Shown: piece after piece, positions 26,718 through 36,461 of the stretch
Numbering within the stretch: the first letter of the stretch is position 1
How the letters are laid out: every line of letters begins with the position of its first letter
IMG/VR virus record: IMGVR_UViG_3300031134_000001
Coordinates: 207,027-271,026 of that record
Reading direction: 5' to 3' (one strand)
Source: a virus
Taxonomy: Duplodnaviria > Caudoviricetes
Length of the DNA: 64,000 bases
Made by a program: the position numbers and the translations under genes
Notes under the pieces: generated by a model
Told to the model about the DNA's origin: nothing
Databases searched by the model: none
The model's input: only the letters and a program-made list of their open reading frames with translations

Positions 26718-28160
26718 ATGCGAAAGTTTTCCTACGCAGCGCCTGTCGTAAAACTTCAACTGTCAGCTGAAGAAGAAGCCATTCAAATTGACGAAAGCAA
26801 TCAGTCGGCACATGAGCTCGAACAAACCAGTGCAGACATCGACCGTCTCGGCGATATCGTCGTTACCGTCAACGAAGTGCAAACTGTCGTTAGTAATACA
26901 CCAGAGATTCAACCGATCGATGCAGCGCTTACTGGCGCCGTTGGTGAAATGGCTGTAGCTGGCACCGATATCGCACCTGACGATATCATCGAAGAGATGC
27001 TTCCCAGTGAAAATGTGAGCACTGAAAGCTTTGTGGCTGCTGCCAAAGAAAAGCTCGCCGCAATGTGGAAAGCCATCAAAGAGTTCTTCGCTAAGATGTG
27101 GAAGCATGTCAAAGATTTCTTTGGCGTCGGTAAAAAGAAAGCCGAGAAGCTCGAAGAAAAGCAAAAGAAAACGGACGAAAGCTACGCTCATTTGAAAGGC
27201 TTAGGCATTCATAACGAAAATGACTACAATGCCTTTGTGCGTGAAGTCGAAAAAGCAATAGACGCAGACGCTAAAAAAGCGGACAAGATTCCCACGTTCC
27301 ATTTCTACAATCAAAATTCGAAGTTGTGTTTGGGCGATTCCACAAAACCACTTCCACCCCGCCAGTTGGTCGTTGAGTTGCAACATCTGCTCAAAGAAGG
27401 CGAACACATGTACAAGTCGTTTTGCGATGGCGTACTAAAGTTGCTCGACTACCTCGCCAACACTGTCGAACAATGTTTGAAAGACCCAGAGCGCGCGGGT
27501 GATACGTATAAAGACATGCGTGAAGGCTATCAAAAGATTGCCGATAAGCTGTTCCTTGATCTGAAATTCCATAACGGCACCACGCCTGGTCCGTTGCTGG
27601 GTGACCTTCATTTGGCAGTAATGAGTTATACACCGGGTGAAGAAAGAGGCACCATGTGGTCGCCGCGTATTCACCTACCATTTACGATGGGAGGCGGCGC
27701 CGATGAAATTCAAGAACCGGTAATGTTATCGGATGGCGTCAAGTTAAGCGAGAATGTCCATGCCTGGATCAGGTTGACTAAAGGATTCTTCGGTCAAGAA
27801 ATGGTCGAGAAGATCCAGCAGAAAAGCCAAAAGGTCGAAAGCCTTATCGAGCAGCTCATTAAGCATCGGCCAACCGACGCCGAACTGCGTGGGGAGCACG
27901 TAGGCAAAGATGAAGACCCAATCGTCAAATATGCCGCAGGCGTGAGTAAGTTTGGGATCGATATAGCAATCGAGCGGCTGGCTTATGAATCTAAAGAGTT
28001 GGTCACTATGGGTGTGACGGCCGCTGTGAAACTGCCACAACGGATTCATCAGATCTTTGAAGTGGCAGCTGATTACGCTGAAGCGTCGTCGATGTATCTG
28101 TTGAAGCACGGTATCGTTGGTGACGCTGCTGAAGCTGATTTTCAAAACAAATTGAAATAA
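26718..28160 (+). CDS. Virion internal head protein (phiKZ-like paralogue family)
   Basis: Acidic propeptide with LSAEE and VSTES protease-type sites, followed by amphipathic helix AKEKLAAMWKAIKEFFAKMWKHVKDFF. Confidence 0.8.
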   Translation: MRKFSYAAPVVKLQLSAEEEAIQIDESNQSAHELEQTSADIDRLGDIVVTVNEVQTVVSNTPEIQPIDAALTGAVGEMAVAGTDIAPDDIIEEMLPSENVSTESFVAAAKEKLAAMWKAIKEFFAKMWKHVKDFFGVGKKKAEKLEEKQKKTDESYAHLKGLGIHNENDYNAFVREVEKAIDADAKKADKIPTFHFYNQNSKLCLGDSTKPLPPRQLVVELQHLLKEGEHMYKSFCDGVLKLLDYLANTVEQCLKDPERAGDTYKDMREGYQKIADKLFLDLKFHNGTTPGPLLGDLHLAVMSYTPGEERGTMWSPRIHLPFTMGGGADEIQEPVMLSDGVKLSENVHAWIRLTKGFFGQEMVEKIQQKSQKVESLIEQLIKHRPTDAELRGEHVGKDEDPIVKYAAGVSKFGIDIAIERLAYESKELVTMGVTAAVKLPQRIHQIFEVAADYAEASSMYLLKHGIVGDAAEADFQNKLK

Positions 28161-28162
28161 CA

Positions 28163-28218
28163 GCATAACTCCCTCTACCCCAACGGGTAGAGGGAGGCTA
28201 TGACGTCTATTTCTTTTT
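28163..28218. terminator. Bidirectional terminator between convergent genes
   Basis: CTCCCTCTACCC/GGGTAGAGGGAG stem with GCATA and TATGACGTC flanks and T tract. Confidence 0.85.
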
Positions 28219-28563
28219 TGCCCATTTCGGCAAAGGTACGGTCTTACCAGCTAACCCGTGTGGGCTATCGGAACAGAAGTCGATCTTCCCATCCCGGATA
28301 AAGTAATGGCATCGGGTGTAATGTACCGGACGAATCTCTTCGTAGGCATTACGCGGCTCACTACTTTGAATACGCATGGACGGATTGAACGTGGGTTCGA
28401 GGTAGTTGTAATTAAACGTCCACAAGTTCCCTGCATCTCCCGTCACGTATTGGTGAGGTTCCTCACAAGCAGGACACCAGTGATAGTAATACCATCGCCG
28501 ATCGTCCACATTAAAGAAGCGGCGCAGGTAAGGACCGGCCTGCTCCATTTCATCGTAACGCAT
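28207..28563 (-). CDS. Small Cys/His metal-binding protein (DUF6527-like)
   Basis: WCPACEEPH...WTFN....PTFNPS...CHYFIRDGKIDFCSDSPHGLAGKTVPLP. Confidence 0.75.
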   Translation of the reverse strand: MRYDEMEQAGPYLRRFFNVDDRRWYYYHWCPACEEPHQYVTGDAGNLWTFNYNYLEPTFNPSMRIQSSEPRNAYEEIRPVHYTRCHYFIRDGKIDFCSDSPHGLAGKTVPLPKWAKKK

Positions 28564-28569
28564 TTCTTT

Positions 28570-29058
28570 TCACCATTGCAAATAAACTGGTTGACTTTCT
28601 AGGCCCAGACTCAGTTTCTCTTTCAAGTACCAATGCCCAGGCTCGTTGTTCCATGATGGCTTAGGACGACCACGCACAAAGCCCAAACTCGTAAAGAGGT
28701 TAATGGACTTGGTGTTGGCGTCTTCAATCCACGATAGACACGGCGTGTGGTTGGCGAAGAAGGTTTTAAGGACCGACTTCATGATACCGCGCCCCTCATA
28801 CTGCGGTAGCAGAAACAAGGTACCGGCACGCCAATACTCTTTCCCATACAGCTTACGCTGGACAGGTGTATGAAACCCCACAGGCATGTCATGCGGGCCA
28901 TACAGAATCACCACACACCGCGGTTTCTTTGGGATGACTTCCGTTTCATCACCCCCCAAGAACTTGCTCTTTTCAGCTGCGCGTAACACAGCTTGAAAGC
29001 ACAAGGCTTGCTTGGGGGAGAGTTGGTCTAAGTCTAACGTTTTAACGACGTCTACCAT
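28570..29058 (-). CDS. GNAT-family acetyltransferase
   Basis: LFLLPQYEGRGIM acetyl-CoA motif A; NTKSINLFTSLGF motif B. Confidence 0.85.
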   Translation of the reverse strand: MVDVVKTLDLDQLSPKQALCFQAVLRAAEKSKFLGGDETEVIPKKPRCVVILYGPHDMPVGFHTPVQRKLYGKEYWRAGTLFLLPQYEGRGIMKSVLKTFFANHTPCLSWIEDANTKSINLFTSLGFVRGRPKPSWNNEPGHWYLKEKLSLGLESQPVYLQW

Positions 29059-29061
29059 ACA

Positions 29062-31134
29062 TCACCACATCGTCAAAATGGGCATTGTCGCTGCTGGATA
29101 AAAGTTCTCAGGCTCAGCACATACCTCATACAACACGCCGTCTTCGTCAACATCCTCAGGGGCGTTACCAGCCACCAGTTCCAGATTCGATTCCAATGCG
29201 AGTTCTGTCACCACCGGCAGACCCAAGATCTGCTCAACCTGCTTACGGCTCCACTCCATGATGTCGTCCGAGCGGGAAGACAGGTTCGGTTCGCCATCGG
29301 TGTCGAGCACGGTACTGTAGAAGCACACAGGGCCGTCTTGACCCACACGATCGATCCGGGCTTCTGTCTGATCGAGTTCGCCTGAACGGAATGGCCGATT
29401 CATCATTACTGCGGTCGAGGCCATGATGAGTGGCACGGCTGTGGACAACGACTGGAACGTGGCGATCAAAGGGTTAACGTCCGGATCACGCTCGAACTGT
29501 TTGACGATGTTGGCCAAGTCATGGTTGGTCGCCCCATAGACCCGCAGAGGCTTGTAGCCTTTGGCGACCAGATCGTTGTAGACGCGATCGACCACTTCGA
29601 TGTAGCTGGTAAAGATGATGGACTTCTTGCGAGCGCTGTCGATGATTGGTTCGAAGTCGGTGTGGGTGGCCAAGTCCAGATTACACTGCATACGACGCTT
29701 GCCCAGAATACGGCCGAGTGCTTCGCCTTGGACCTTGAGCTTGTAATACTTCACCACCGACTTGGCGTTACGGAATTCTTCCTTGAGCGGCTGCTTGAGA
29801 ATCGCCCCGATTTCTTTCTCGTAACGGTTGCAGAACTTCGACTCTTCCTTCATCGATTCCGGATCGTACTGGGTACGGATCATTTGCACATAACGCTGGT
29901 ACGTCTCGTAGCGCTGCATCTCCTTGGGATTATGCTCGATGTGTTTGACCCAGTCCCGCAGACCCCGCTCGTACATCGACTCGTACTGCTTGAAGTTGAT
30001 GCGGTAGTATTCCATCCGTTCGTCCACGAATTCACGCATCTCTTTCGAGACAGCTTCTAACGTGTACTGTTTGCCGGTTGGTGTTTTGACCTTGAGCTCG
30101 ATCCGTTCGACATCGGACTTCATGACCGTGGCTTTGGCGACCTTGTGGATCAAGAACCCTAACCGGTTGGCCAGAATGTCCAAGCCCTTGGAGCTACTCT
30201 TACCGAAGATGGCGATGAAACGTTCTTCAGCGTTCTTGTCAAAGAACGGGTCGATCGTTTTAAGGAGCGGCACAACTTCTTTGCCGATGGCCTTGATCGG
30301 GGTGCCAGACATCCACAGAACGTGCAAGGCGCGCATGACTTTACACAGTTCGACAAAGAGCTGCGTGCGCAGGCTGTCGATTTCGTTCATGTTGTGGCAT
30401 TCGTCCAAGATCACCATGGGTTTGCGCCCTTGGAACTTACGGAAGAACTCCACCGCCCGGTCGAGCTGCTCGTAGTGGAACACATAGAACCGCTTACCCA
30501 TCACGAGTTCTTCACCCGAGGACGACACCCAGTAATCGACTGGCTCTTTAAAGAGTGTGTCCAAAGTAGCAGCCCACACTCGGTCCAGTGCATTCTTCGG
30601 CGAGATGATCACCGTGACGTCAGCGCCTAAACATGCGGACAGTGCCAAGCTGTTGATGGTCTTACCCGTACCAGGGTCAGCTGCCAACATGTAGCCGTTC
30701 AGATTGAACTGCGGCACCTTCTCGTTGTAGACTTCCAAGAACTCACGCTGGGTTGCAAACAGCTTGATCTTGAGTTGGTTTAGTTGCTCGAAGTCAAGGA
30801 TGTCTGGGAAACGCTCTGTGGTGCGTTTAAACCACGTTTCCCGGCGTAATTCCTCGATGGTCTTACGGATGGCGCGATAATTGAATGCGTGCCCCCTAGG
30901 CGTTTCTAGGGCTTTCTCCAAAGTGTAGATCACTTCAGGCAAAAAGAACTTGTGAAAGACCACGTAACTACTCGTGACCTTGCTAAACATGTTCAGGCCA
31001 ATTTTTGACGTGCGCCAGATACGGGCCAAGTCATTGATGTACTGGTAGGTAGGCAAGCCATCGATGCGAACGAAGTTACCTTCTTCACTCACGTGGATGC
31101 TGCCAATCATTTTGCGTAAATTACTAATCAACAT
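29062..31134 (-). CDS. SF2 (SNF2-like) helicase; start revised to 31134
   Basis: AADPGTGKT, ILDECH, MSGTP, QTEARIDRVGQ. Confidence 0.92.
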   Translation of the reverse strand: MLISNLRKMIGSIHVSEEGNFVRIDGLPTYQYINDLARIWRTSKIGLNMFSKVTSSYVVFHKFFLPEVIYTLEKALETPRGHAFNYRAIRKTIEELRRETWFKRTTERFPDILDFEQLNQLKIKLFATQREFLEVYNEKVPQFNLNGYMLAADPGTGKTINSLALSACLGADVTVIISPKNALDRVWAATLDTLFKEPVDYWVSSSGEELVMGKRFYVFHYEQLDRAVEFFRKFQGRKPMVILDECHNMNEIDSLRTQLFVELCKVMRALHVLWMSGTPIKAIGKEVVPLLKTIDPFFDKNAEERFIAIFGKSSSKGLDILANRLGFLIHKVAKATVMKSDVERIELKVKTPTGKQYTLEAVSKEMREFVDERMEYYRINFKQYESMYERGLRDWVKHIEHNPKEMQRYETYQRYVQMIRTQYDPESMKEESKFCNRYEKEIGAILKQPLKEEFRNAKSVVKYYKLKVQGEALGRILGKRRMQCNLDLATHTDFEPIIDSARKKSIIFTSYIEVVDRVYNDLVAKGYKPLRVYGATNHDLANIVKQFERDPDVNPLIATFQSLSTAVPLIMASTAVMMNRPFRSGELDQTEARIDRVGQDGPVCFYSTVLDTDGEPNLSSRSDDIMEWSRKQVEQILGLPVVTELALESNLELVAGNAPEDVDEDGVLYEVCAEPENFYPAATMPILTMW

Positions 31135-31284
31135 GTCACTTCCGCCATAAGAGGTTTTGTTAGAATGATCGGAGTGACACATTACTGCCCACTCGCTAGC
31201 CACAGAATAGGCGAGCGCTGGGACGAACAAAGAGACGGCATAATGCACGAGGAGCCAGCCACACGGCTAGCTCCTCTTTTCCTA

Positions 31285-32847
31285 CTACATCCCGCCGTCA
31301 AAATCCCACATATTGGTTTCGCGTGGTGATCCAATTGGGCCTGCGCCCGGTTTACGCAACATCGTATCAGGACCATCCAGATCGTCCAGGAGGTTACCGA
31401 TTTCATGTAGTGGCCAAGCGCCGTAGTGATCGATACGTGGCGTCTGACGGGTCTTACGGTGCTTCCCACGTTGAATGGTCAGGTACGGCTTGCCGTTGAC
31501 GAACTCAATGTGTTGGAACAGTTCCAGGTCGACTTCTTGGTCCAGACGCTGCGAGCCATCGTAGTAGCCTTTGCCTGGCAGAATCTTGACGAAGTTGTTC
31601 TGACCGTCACGGTAGAGCTTCTTCGCATCCGACGACAACTGATGCGGGGTGATGAACAGAATGTGACGCGGCGCGCAGAAGTTACGCAGCCGGCGGAACA
31701 TGTCACGGATATCCGAACCAGCGGTGGTGTGGATACAGCCGGTGGTAGGCAACATCGCCAAGTAGTCGATGAACAACGCCACCACTTCAAAGCCTTCAGA
31801 TTCCAACTGCAAGACTTTGTTCTGCACGTCCAGGTACGTCCACTCCGAGGGATTGACCCGCAGCATGCGGATCTTGAAACCCGTGGCGGTCATGCGCGGA
31901 ATGAAGTAGTCGGTCAGCTCTTCGTTCGACAGCGAAGGAATGTCCGGCAACGTCTTAACCGCATCGTGCTTGTGCTCGTTGGTGTAGAACTGTTCGTACA
32001 AGAACTGGAAGTTTTCCCGCAGACTGTCTTCCAGCGAGATACGCAGCAGCACTGGCTTCTTGGTCGGGTCACGCAAGACTGGTGTGTTGTGCACAGCGAT
32101 CTGGCGGAACTGGGTTAAGTTCGTACCGGTCTTGAAGTTGTGCGGCAACGCAGCAGGACCAATGACCGCTTCGCCACGGCGATAACCACCGTCGAGCATA
32201 CGGTTCATGCCTTGCAGACCCAAACGCAGGATCGTGCCACCTTCCTCGTTCTCTTTGACTGACTGGAAGATATCGCGCACTTCTTCCGGCTTACTAAAGT
32301 CCACCTCGTTGACCACTGCCGGATCTTTCTCCAGTGTGTTGGTCGTGTAGGGTTGGAGCTTCTCCATCGTTTCCATGACGTACGTCGGCATGGATTGGAT
32401 CTTGTTCTTGTTGAACTTGATCTTACTGAATGCTTCGACGATGATCTTCTCGACTTCTTTGCCGCGGAAGTAATTACGGATTTGGTTGCGCAGATTGAGG
32501 ATCGTGCGTTTCAGCGCATTGTCTGACAGTTCTGGCAGGATGCCGCCTTGCATGGCTTCGAAGGTGATATCGTCGTCACCGCAATTCATCTTCAAACGTT
32601 GCAGCAATTCGTTTGGTTCATACTGCAAGTCATACGGCTGGCATGCCATGTAGTACGCGGTCTCTTTCAGACCAGCGAGCACTTCGGCAGAGCGGTCACG
32701 GATATCACGTCCTAAGGATATGTCAGAGACCTTCGCTTCTTCAACGACCTTCAGTACATCTTCGGCGGCATTATTGGTATGACCTACTTGTTGACTTTCC
32801 CGGAACAAAAGGGTAATCGAATTGACCAACAGTAATTTGATGTCCAT
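31285..32847 (-). CDS. DnaB-like replicative helicase (phiKZ gp118-like)
   Basis: NRMLDGGYRRGE...HNFKTG, LFIDYL, FITPHQLS, RGKHR; position divergent from the capsid operon. Confidence 0.9.
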   Translation of the reverse strand: MDIKLLLVNSITLLFRESQQVGHTNNAAEDVLKVVEEAKVSDISLGRDIRDRSAEVLAGLKETAYYMACQPYDLQYEPNELLQRLKMNCGDDDITFEAMQGGILPELSDNALKRTILNLRNQIRNYFRGKEVEKIIVEAFSKIKFNKNKIQSMPTYVMETMEKLQPYTTNTLEKDPAVVNEVDFSKPEEVRDIFQSVKENEEGGTILRLGLQGMNRMLDGGYRRGEAVIGPAALPHNFKTGTNLTQFRQIAVHNTPVLRDPTKKPVLLRISLEDSLRENFQFLYEQFYTNEHKHDAVKTLPDIPSLSNEELTDYFIPRMTATGFKIRMLRVNPSEWTYLDVQNKVLQLESEGFEVVALFIDYLAMLPTTGCIHTTAGSDIRDMFRRLRNFCAPRHILFITPHQLSSDAKKLYRDGQNNFVKILPGKGYYDGSQRLDQEVDLELFQHIEFVNGKPYLTIQRGKHRKTRQTPRIDHYGAWPLHEIGNLLDDLDGPDTMLRKPGAGPIGSPRETNMWDFDGGM

Positions 32848-32899
32848 GATGATGTTTTCTAGTTTAGTTAACGCATTGTGCGTTTAGTAGTTATTCTTC

Positions 32900-32903
32900 T
32901 ATG
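32900..32903 (+). promoter_or_regulatory. Candidate late promoter TATG upstream of the gp119-like gene and capsid gene
   Basis: TTCTATGAG in AT-rich divergent gap; positionally analogous to the phiKZ late promoter before gene 119. Confidence 0.45.
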
Positions 32904-32978
32904 AGCTGAGTGCCTTTAGTTCTTCATACTAAAGGACGAGTCCATTTTTTTAAATCTGGGTTTCCCAAGGAGTTTTCA

Positions 32979-33608
32979 ATGGTGGAACAAAAGAAAGACG
33001 TCGTCTACGTTCCGTACTGGATTGCCAGTGCGCTGGAACGTAATAACCTGCCGTTGTCTGCGATTCTGGACTACCGTCAGATGGCACGTTTCTTGAGTGC
33101 ACAAGAACAAGGCAACGCCCTGCTGTTCGATGGCTTTAATCCGTTTAAGCCAAAAGTGGCTGGCGAACAACACACACCTACTTACGGTATGACTGGTGTC
33201 GGTGAAGGGACAAACATCACGGAATGTCCTTTTGCATCCCCACTGTATGAAGCGTGGCGTAAATGCGTGTCGAATTCATCCGACGCAAATGATAACAAGC
33301 TGTTCAAAAATCTCGATACCATGAATTCACTTTCGTGGAATCAAATGGCTGAACAGGAAGTGGCGATGCGGTTCCAACCAGCCAACGCTGGCCGGCTGCC
33401 GCATGATCACCCCTTTATTACATATGACGTGGAGCGTGAGTTCTTCATTGTCGTTGTGTATCCAGCATTCTTTGAGAGTGCAAAGTATTCGGACAATGTC
33501 GTCAGTCTCTGCAAAGAGGTTCTGACAAAAGCATTGTATGTGTACAATACACCCGCATCGGGGTGCAAGTCGCCCTACTTCCGGAAGTACCTCGAATCGT
33601 TGGCCTAA
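32979..33608 (+). CDS. phiKZ gp119-like protein preceding the capsid gene; start revised to 32979
   Basis: AAGGAG RBS; synteny. Confidence 0.75.
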   Translation: MVEQKKDVVYVPYWIASALERNNLPLSAILDYRQMARFLSAQEQGNALLFDGFNPFKPKVAGEQHTPTYGMTGVGEGTNITECPFASPLYEAWRKCVSNSSDANDNKLFKNLDTMNSLSWNQMAEQEVAMRFQPANAGRLPHDHPFITYDVEREFFIVVVYPAFFESAKYSDNVVSLCKEVLTKALYVYNTPASGCKSPYFRKYLESLA

Positions 33609-33711
33609 TTATTCTCTGACTTTCTCAGTAAATAATTACTAATAGTTTGAGCTGAATAAGCCCCAAGCAAATTCCTATTCCATTACTCCTGCTAAAGGAC
33701 TGGTTACAACC

Positions 33712-35907
33712 ATGAAAAGCATCATCTTTAACAACGCTGCGGACGCCCGTGGCCTGAGCGGTTTCCTGACCAAAGCACTCGACCACGTCGACACCTTCGC
33801 TCATTCGAGCGCCGGCAAGACCGTGAGCAAAGGCCTGCTGTCGATCGAATCGATCGCTGGTAACGTGCACGAAGTCAACACCCTGAAAACCGCCGCCAGC
33901 GAACTGCTGAACCACATCGAAACGTTCGCTGCCGAATCGTTCGGCTTGAACGACAAAAACGGCAAGCTGCAACACGACTACAACAAAAACCAGCTGCAAG
34001 CTGCGACGATCGCCGCCATGCTGGGTCACGACCTGGGCGCTGCTGTCAAGGCACCAACCAAGCCAACGTTCTCGACCGAAGGCATCGCTGTCTGCGAAGT
34101 CGGCGACCGTACCCCGTTCGAACGCCGCGCTGCGAACGAAGCATACGACGAACAATCGACCTCGACCTCGGTCGCGTTCTCGATCGCCTACAACCTCGAA
34201 TGCGCACGTCAATCGGAACTGGCTGAAACGCTCTTCCCGACCGTCGTGATCCCGCCAAACGAGTCCGGCCTGTTCATGTCGATCGACCTGGCCCTGCTGC
34301 AAGACGATGCGAACCGCCAGATCAGCGGCGCCATCACGAACTTCCACCGCTACAACGTCATCCGTGCCCAGACCTACCCGGAACTGCTGCACAACGACGC
34401 ATCGGACCTGGTCCCAGTGCTGCGCGACGAAAGCGTCCAGAACTTCGTGTCGGATGCTCTGGTTCAGCCGGTCACCCGCAAAATGCACAACGGTGAAGAA
34501 ATCACCACCAACGCCCTGAAAATCGGCGCCAAGTTCGACCTGCTGGCCCTGTCGCACACCGACTCGATGGTTGCCAAAGGTATGGCCAACCAGACCGACT
34601 CGATCGACACCGGCGTGTTCCTGGAAACCATCCTGATCGCGCTGAAATCGGCCGACGGCACCAAGACCGAAGTCATCCGCTTCAACGTCAAAGAACTGCC
34701 ATACGCCAGCTACTACCCAGCGAGCCAGGGCGACTACCGCGACCAACAACTGTCGTTCGACAACAGCGATCTGCTGGTCTCGGAAAAGACCGTCACGGCC
34801 GACGGCGGCGTCTCGACCCTGCTGGAACCAATCCGCACTGGCAAGTACGAAGTGCGCATCTCGGTGTCGCTGGCTGGTCGTCTGAACCTGCAATTCGGTA
34901 ACGGTTCGGTCTACGGTCCTGCACCGGAAGTCGCAACCCTGTCGAAGAACGCACAACAAGTGTCGATCACCGGCGGCGCCGGCAAAACCATCGCCGACAT
35001 CTTCAAGGGCGCCGAGATCATCGGTTACACCCTGGCAGCCAAGCGTTCGAACCTGAACCGTCGTCTGCGTGGCCAGACCATGGACACCAACACCAAGAAG
35101 CAGTTCTACCCACTGAACCTTCTGGCACCGGTCACCATCGTTCGTCCACACAGCGCCGGCGACGTCAACGACGCACGCGACCTGTCGTTCCTGATCTTCA
35201 CCACGAAGACCCGTTCGTCGATCGACGCCATCGAAGTTCTGCAATCGCACTGCGCGACCATGAAGTCGATGCAAGGCCAATACCACCGTCCTGGTGAAAC
35301 GGTCGAAACCTTCGGCCTGGCCCGTTGGTTGCTGGACCCGTACTACGGCTACGACAAGTACGTCGCCCCACAAGTCGTCGACTCGCTGAAGTCGTCGGAG
35401 CGTAACGCGGACATCCGTGCTTCGCTGACCAACATGGTCCAGGATCACGTGTTCAAGATGTGGCAACTGTCGAGCTACGGCCCGGCATCGGCATCGCAAA
35501 ACGGTGGCGTCGGTCAGATCCCGACCGTCATCATTGCCTGCGATCCACGCATCGAGCAATACCTGAACATCCAGGGCGACCTGCGTCTGCTGGGCGACAA
35601 GTTCCCAGTCAAGGTCGTGTCGGACACGAACATCAAGCTGCGTGGCAAGATGTACATCACGTTCGGCAACATGGAAACCGCTGCGCAAGGCATCCCGAAT
35701 GTCCTGCACTTCGGCACCACCATGTATCGTCCGGAAATGACGATCATCCTGCCAGTGTCGCGCGATGGCCAGACCTCGAAAGAAGTCACCGTGTCGCCGG
35801 CGTTCCGCCACTTCGTCAACCTGCCACTGATCGTCGAGATCGACGTGGAAGGCATCGAAGATGTCGTCAACGCCAAAGTGCCTGTCGTTCTGAAGGAACT
35901 GCCGTAA
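33712..35907 (+). CDS. Major capsid protein (phiKZ gp120-like)
   Basis: 731 aa; N-terminal S/A-x-E sites (SIE, AAE, STE, ANE); NLECARQ..LAETLFPTVV; extreme codon bias; synteny. Confidence 0.9.
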   Translation: MKSIIFNNAADARGLSGFLTKALDHVDTFAHSSAGKTVSKGLLSIESIAGNVHEVNTLKTAASELLNHIETFAAESFGLNDKNGKLQHDYNKNQLQAATIAAMLGHDLGAAVKAPTKPTFSTEGIAVCEVGDRTPFERRAANEAYDEQSTSTSVAFSIAYNLECARQSELAETLFPTVVIPPNESGLFMSIDLALLQDDANRQISGAITNFHRYNVIRAQTYPELLHNDASDLVPVLRDESVQNFVSDALVQPVTRKMHNGEEITTNALKIGAKFDLLALSHTDSMVAKGMANQTDSIDTGVFLETILIALKSADGTKTEVIRFNVKELPYASYYPASQGDYRDQQLSFDNSDLLVSEKTVTADGGVSTLLEPIRTGKYEVRISVSLAGRLNLQFGNGSVYGPAPEVATLSKNAQQVSITGGAGKTIADIFKGAEIIGYTLAAKRSNLNRRLRGQTMDTNTKKQFYPLNLLAPVTIVRPHSAGDVNDARDLSFLIFTTKTRSSIDAIEVLQSHCATMKSMQGQYHRPGETVETFGLARWLLDPYYGYDKYVAPQVVDSLKSSERNADIRASLTNMVQDHVFKMWQLSSYGPASASQNGGVGQIPTVIIACDPRIEQYLNIQGDLRLLGDKFPVKVVSDTNIKLRGKMYITFGNMETAAQGIPNVLHFGTTMYRPEMTIILPVSRDGQTSKEVTVSPAFRHFVNLPLIVEIDVEGIEDVVNAKVPVVLKELP

Positions 35908-35913
35908 GCATCA

Positions 35914-35970
35914 CATGAGGTTGGGTGGAAGATTGTTAGTCTAATGATTAACCCTTCCACCTAGCCCATG
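35914..35970. other. Long stem-loop immediately after the capsid gene
   Basis: GGTTGGGTGGAAG/CTTCCACCTAGCC 13-bp stem, inner GTTAGTC/GATTAAC stem, outer CATG/CATG extension. Confidence 0.75.
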
Positions 35971-36004
35971 GCTGTAAGTTGTCCTTCAGCACAAGCATTG
36001 GGGC

Positions 36005-36049
36005 TACCTCCTCCTACCTTCGGGTAGGGGGAGGCTGTTCTATGCCGCC
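36005..36049 (+). terminator. Terminator-like hairpin with TATGCCGCC tail
   Basis: CCTCCTCCTACC-TTCG-GGTAGGGGGAGG. Confidence 0.75.
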
Positions 36050-36107
36050 AAAAAATACTCGGGATGGTAATACGGTGAGCAATTACCTTAACCACTGGAG
36101 ATTAAAG

Positions 36108-36329
36108 ATGATCCGAATCACCGCAGAAGGCAACAACGCAGAAGGCAAAACCATGGTCCTGGTTGCGATCGCAGAAGCTTTGAAGGCCAAAGGTTTTACC
36201 GACGTACAGTTCATTAATCCCGAACAATCTGAACACACGCGTCAAGACATCCTCAATGCTCTGGGCGATAACCAACGCGTATTGAATACCAAGATCGAGT
36301 TGCATGAAAAGTTCGGCACCATCGAGTAA
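36108..36329 (+). CDS. 73-aa protein with an N-terminal Walker-A-like loop; start revised to 36108
   Basis: GGAG RBS; IRITAEGNNAEGKT. Confidence 0.7.
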   Translation: MIRITAEGNNAEGKTMVLVAIAEALKAKGFTDVQFINPEQSEHTRQDILNALGDNQRVLNTKIELHEKFGTIE

Positions 36330-36336
36330 TAGAGAC

Positions 36337-36376
36337 CGAGGGGCTTAGCCCCTCGTTTATGATGTCTATTTTTTTT
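36337..36376 (+). terminator. Intrinsic terminator
   Basis: CGAGGGGC/GCCCCTCG stem, TATGATGTC, T tract. Confidence 0.8.
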
Positions 36377-36391
36377 CACGACTATATCACT
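36374..36391 (+). promoter_or_regulatory. Candidate early promoter TTTCACGACTATATCACT
   Basis: 17 of 18 bases identical to the copy at 361; upstream of the operon encoding the nvRNAP subunit. Confidence 0.7.
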
Positions 36392-36461
36392 AGAATGTTC
36401 AGTAGTGAGCCCATCCTTAATGGACCGGCTCGTAACAATCCACTAGAAGAGAGTAGTCGCT

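Noticed and set aside
26267-26770. 167-aa plus-strand ORF across the ncRNA candidate
   Set aside because: GTG start without RBS, Arg/Ser/Cys-rich composition, runs through a terminator and overlaps the next gene
31135-31248. N-terminal extension of the SF2 helicase in the ORF track
   Set aside because: ATG at 31134 has a purine-rich RBS and the extension looks non-coding
32130-32190. Non-canonical Walker A (AALPHNFKTG) in the DnaB-like helicase as a sign of inactivity
   Set aside because: As recalled, this variant is usual in phiKZ-type helicases, and the other motifs are intact
33625-35811. 728-aa minus-strand ORF opposite the capsid gene (similarly 8431-9759, 37910-39193 and 39584-41746)
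   Set aside because: Antisense shadow ORFs produced by strong codon bias of the real plus-strand genes; no RBS or motifs
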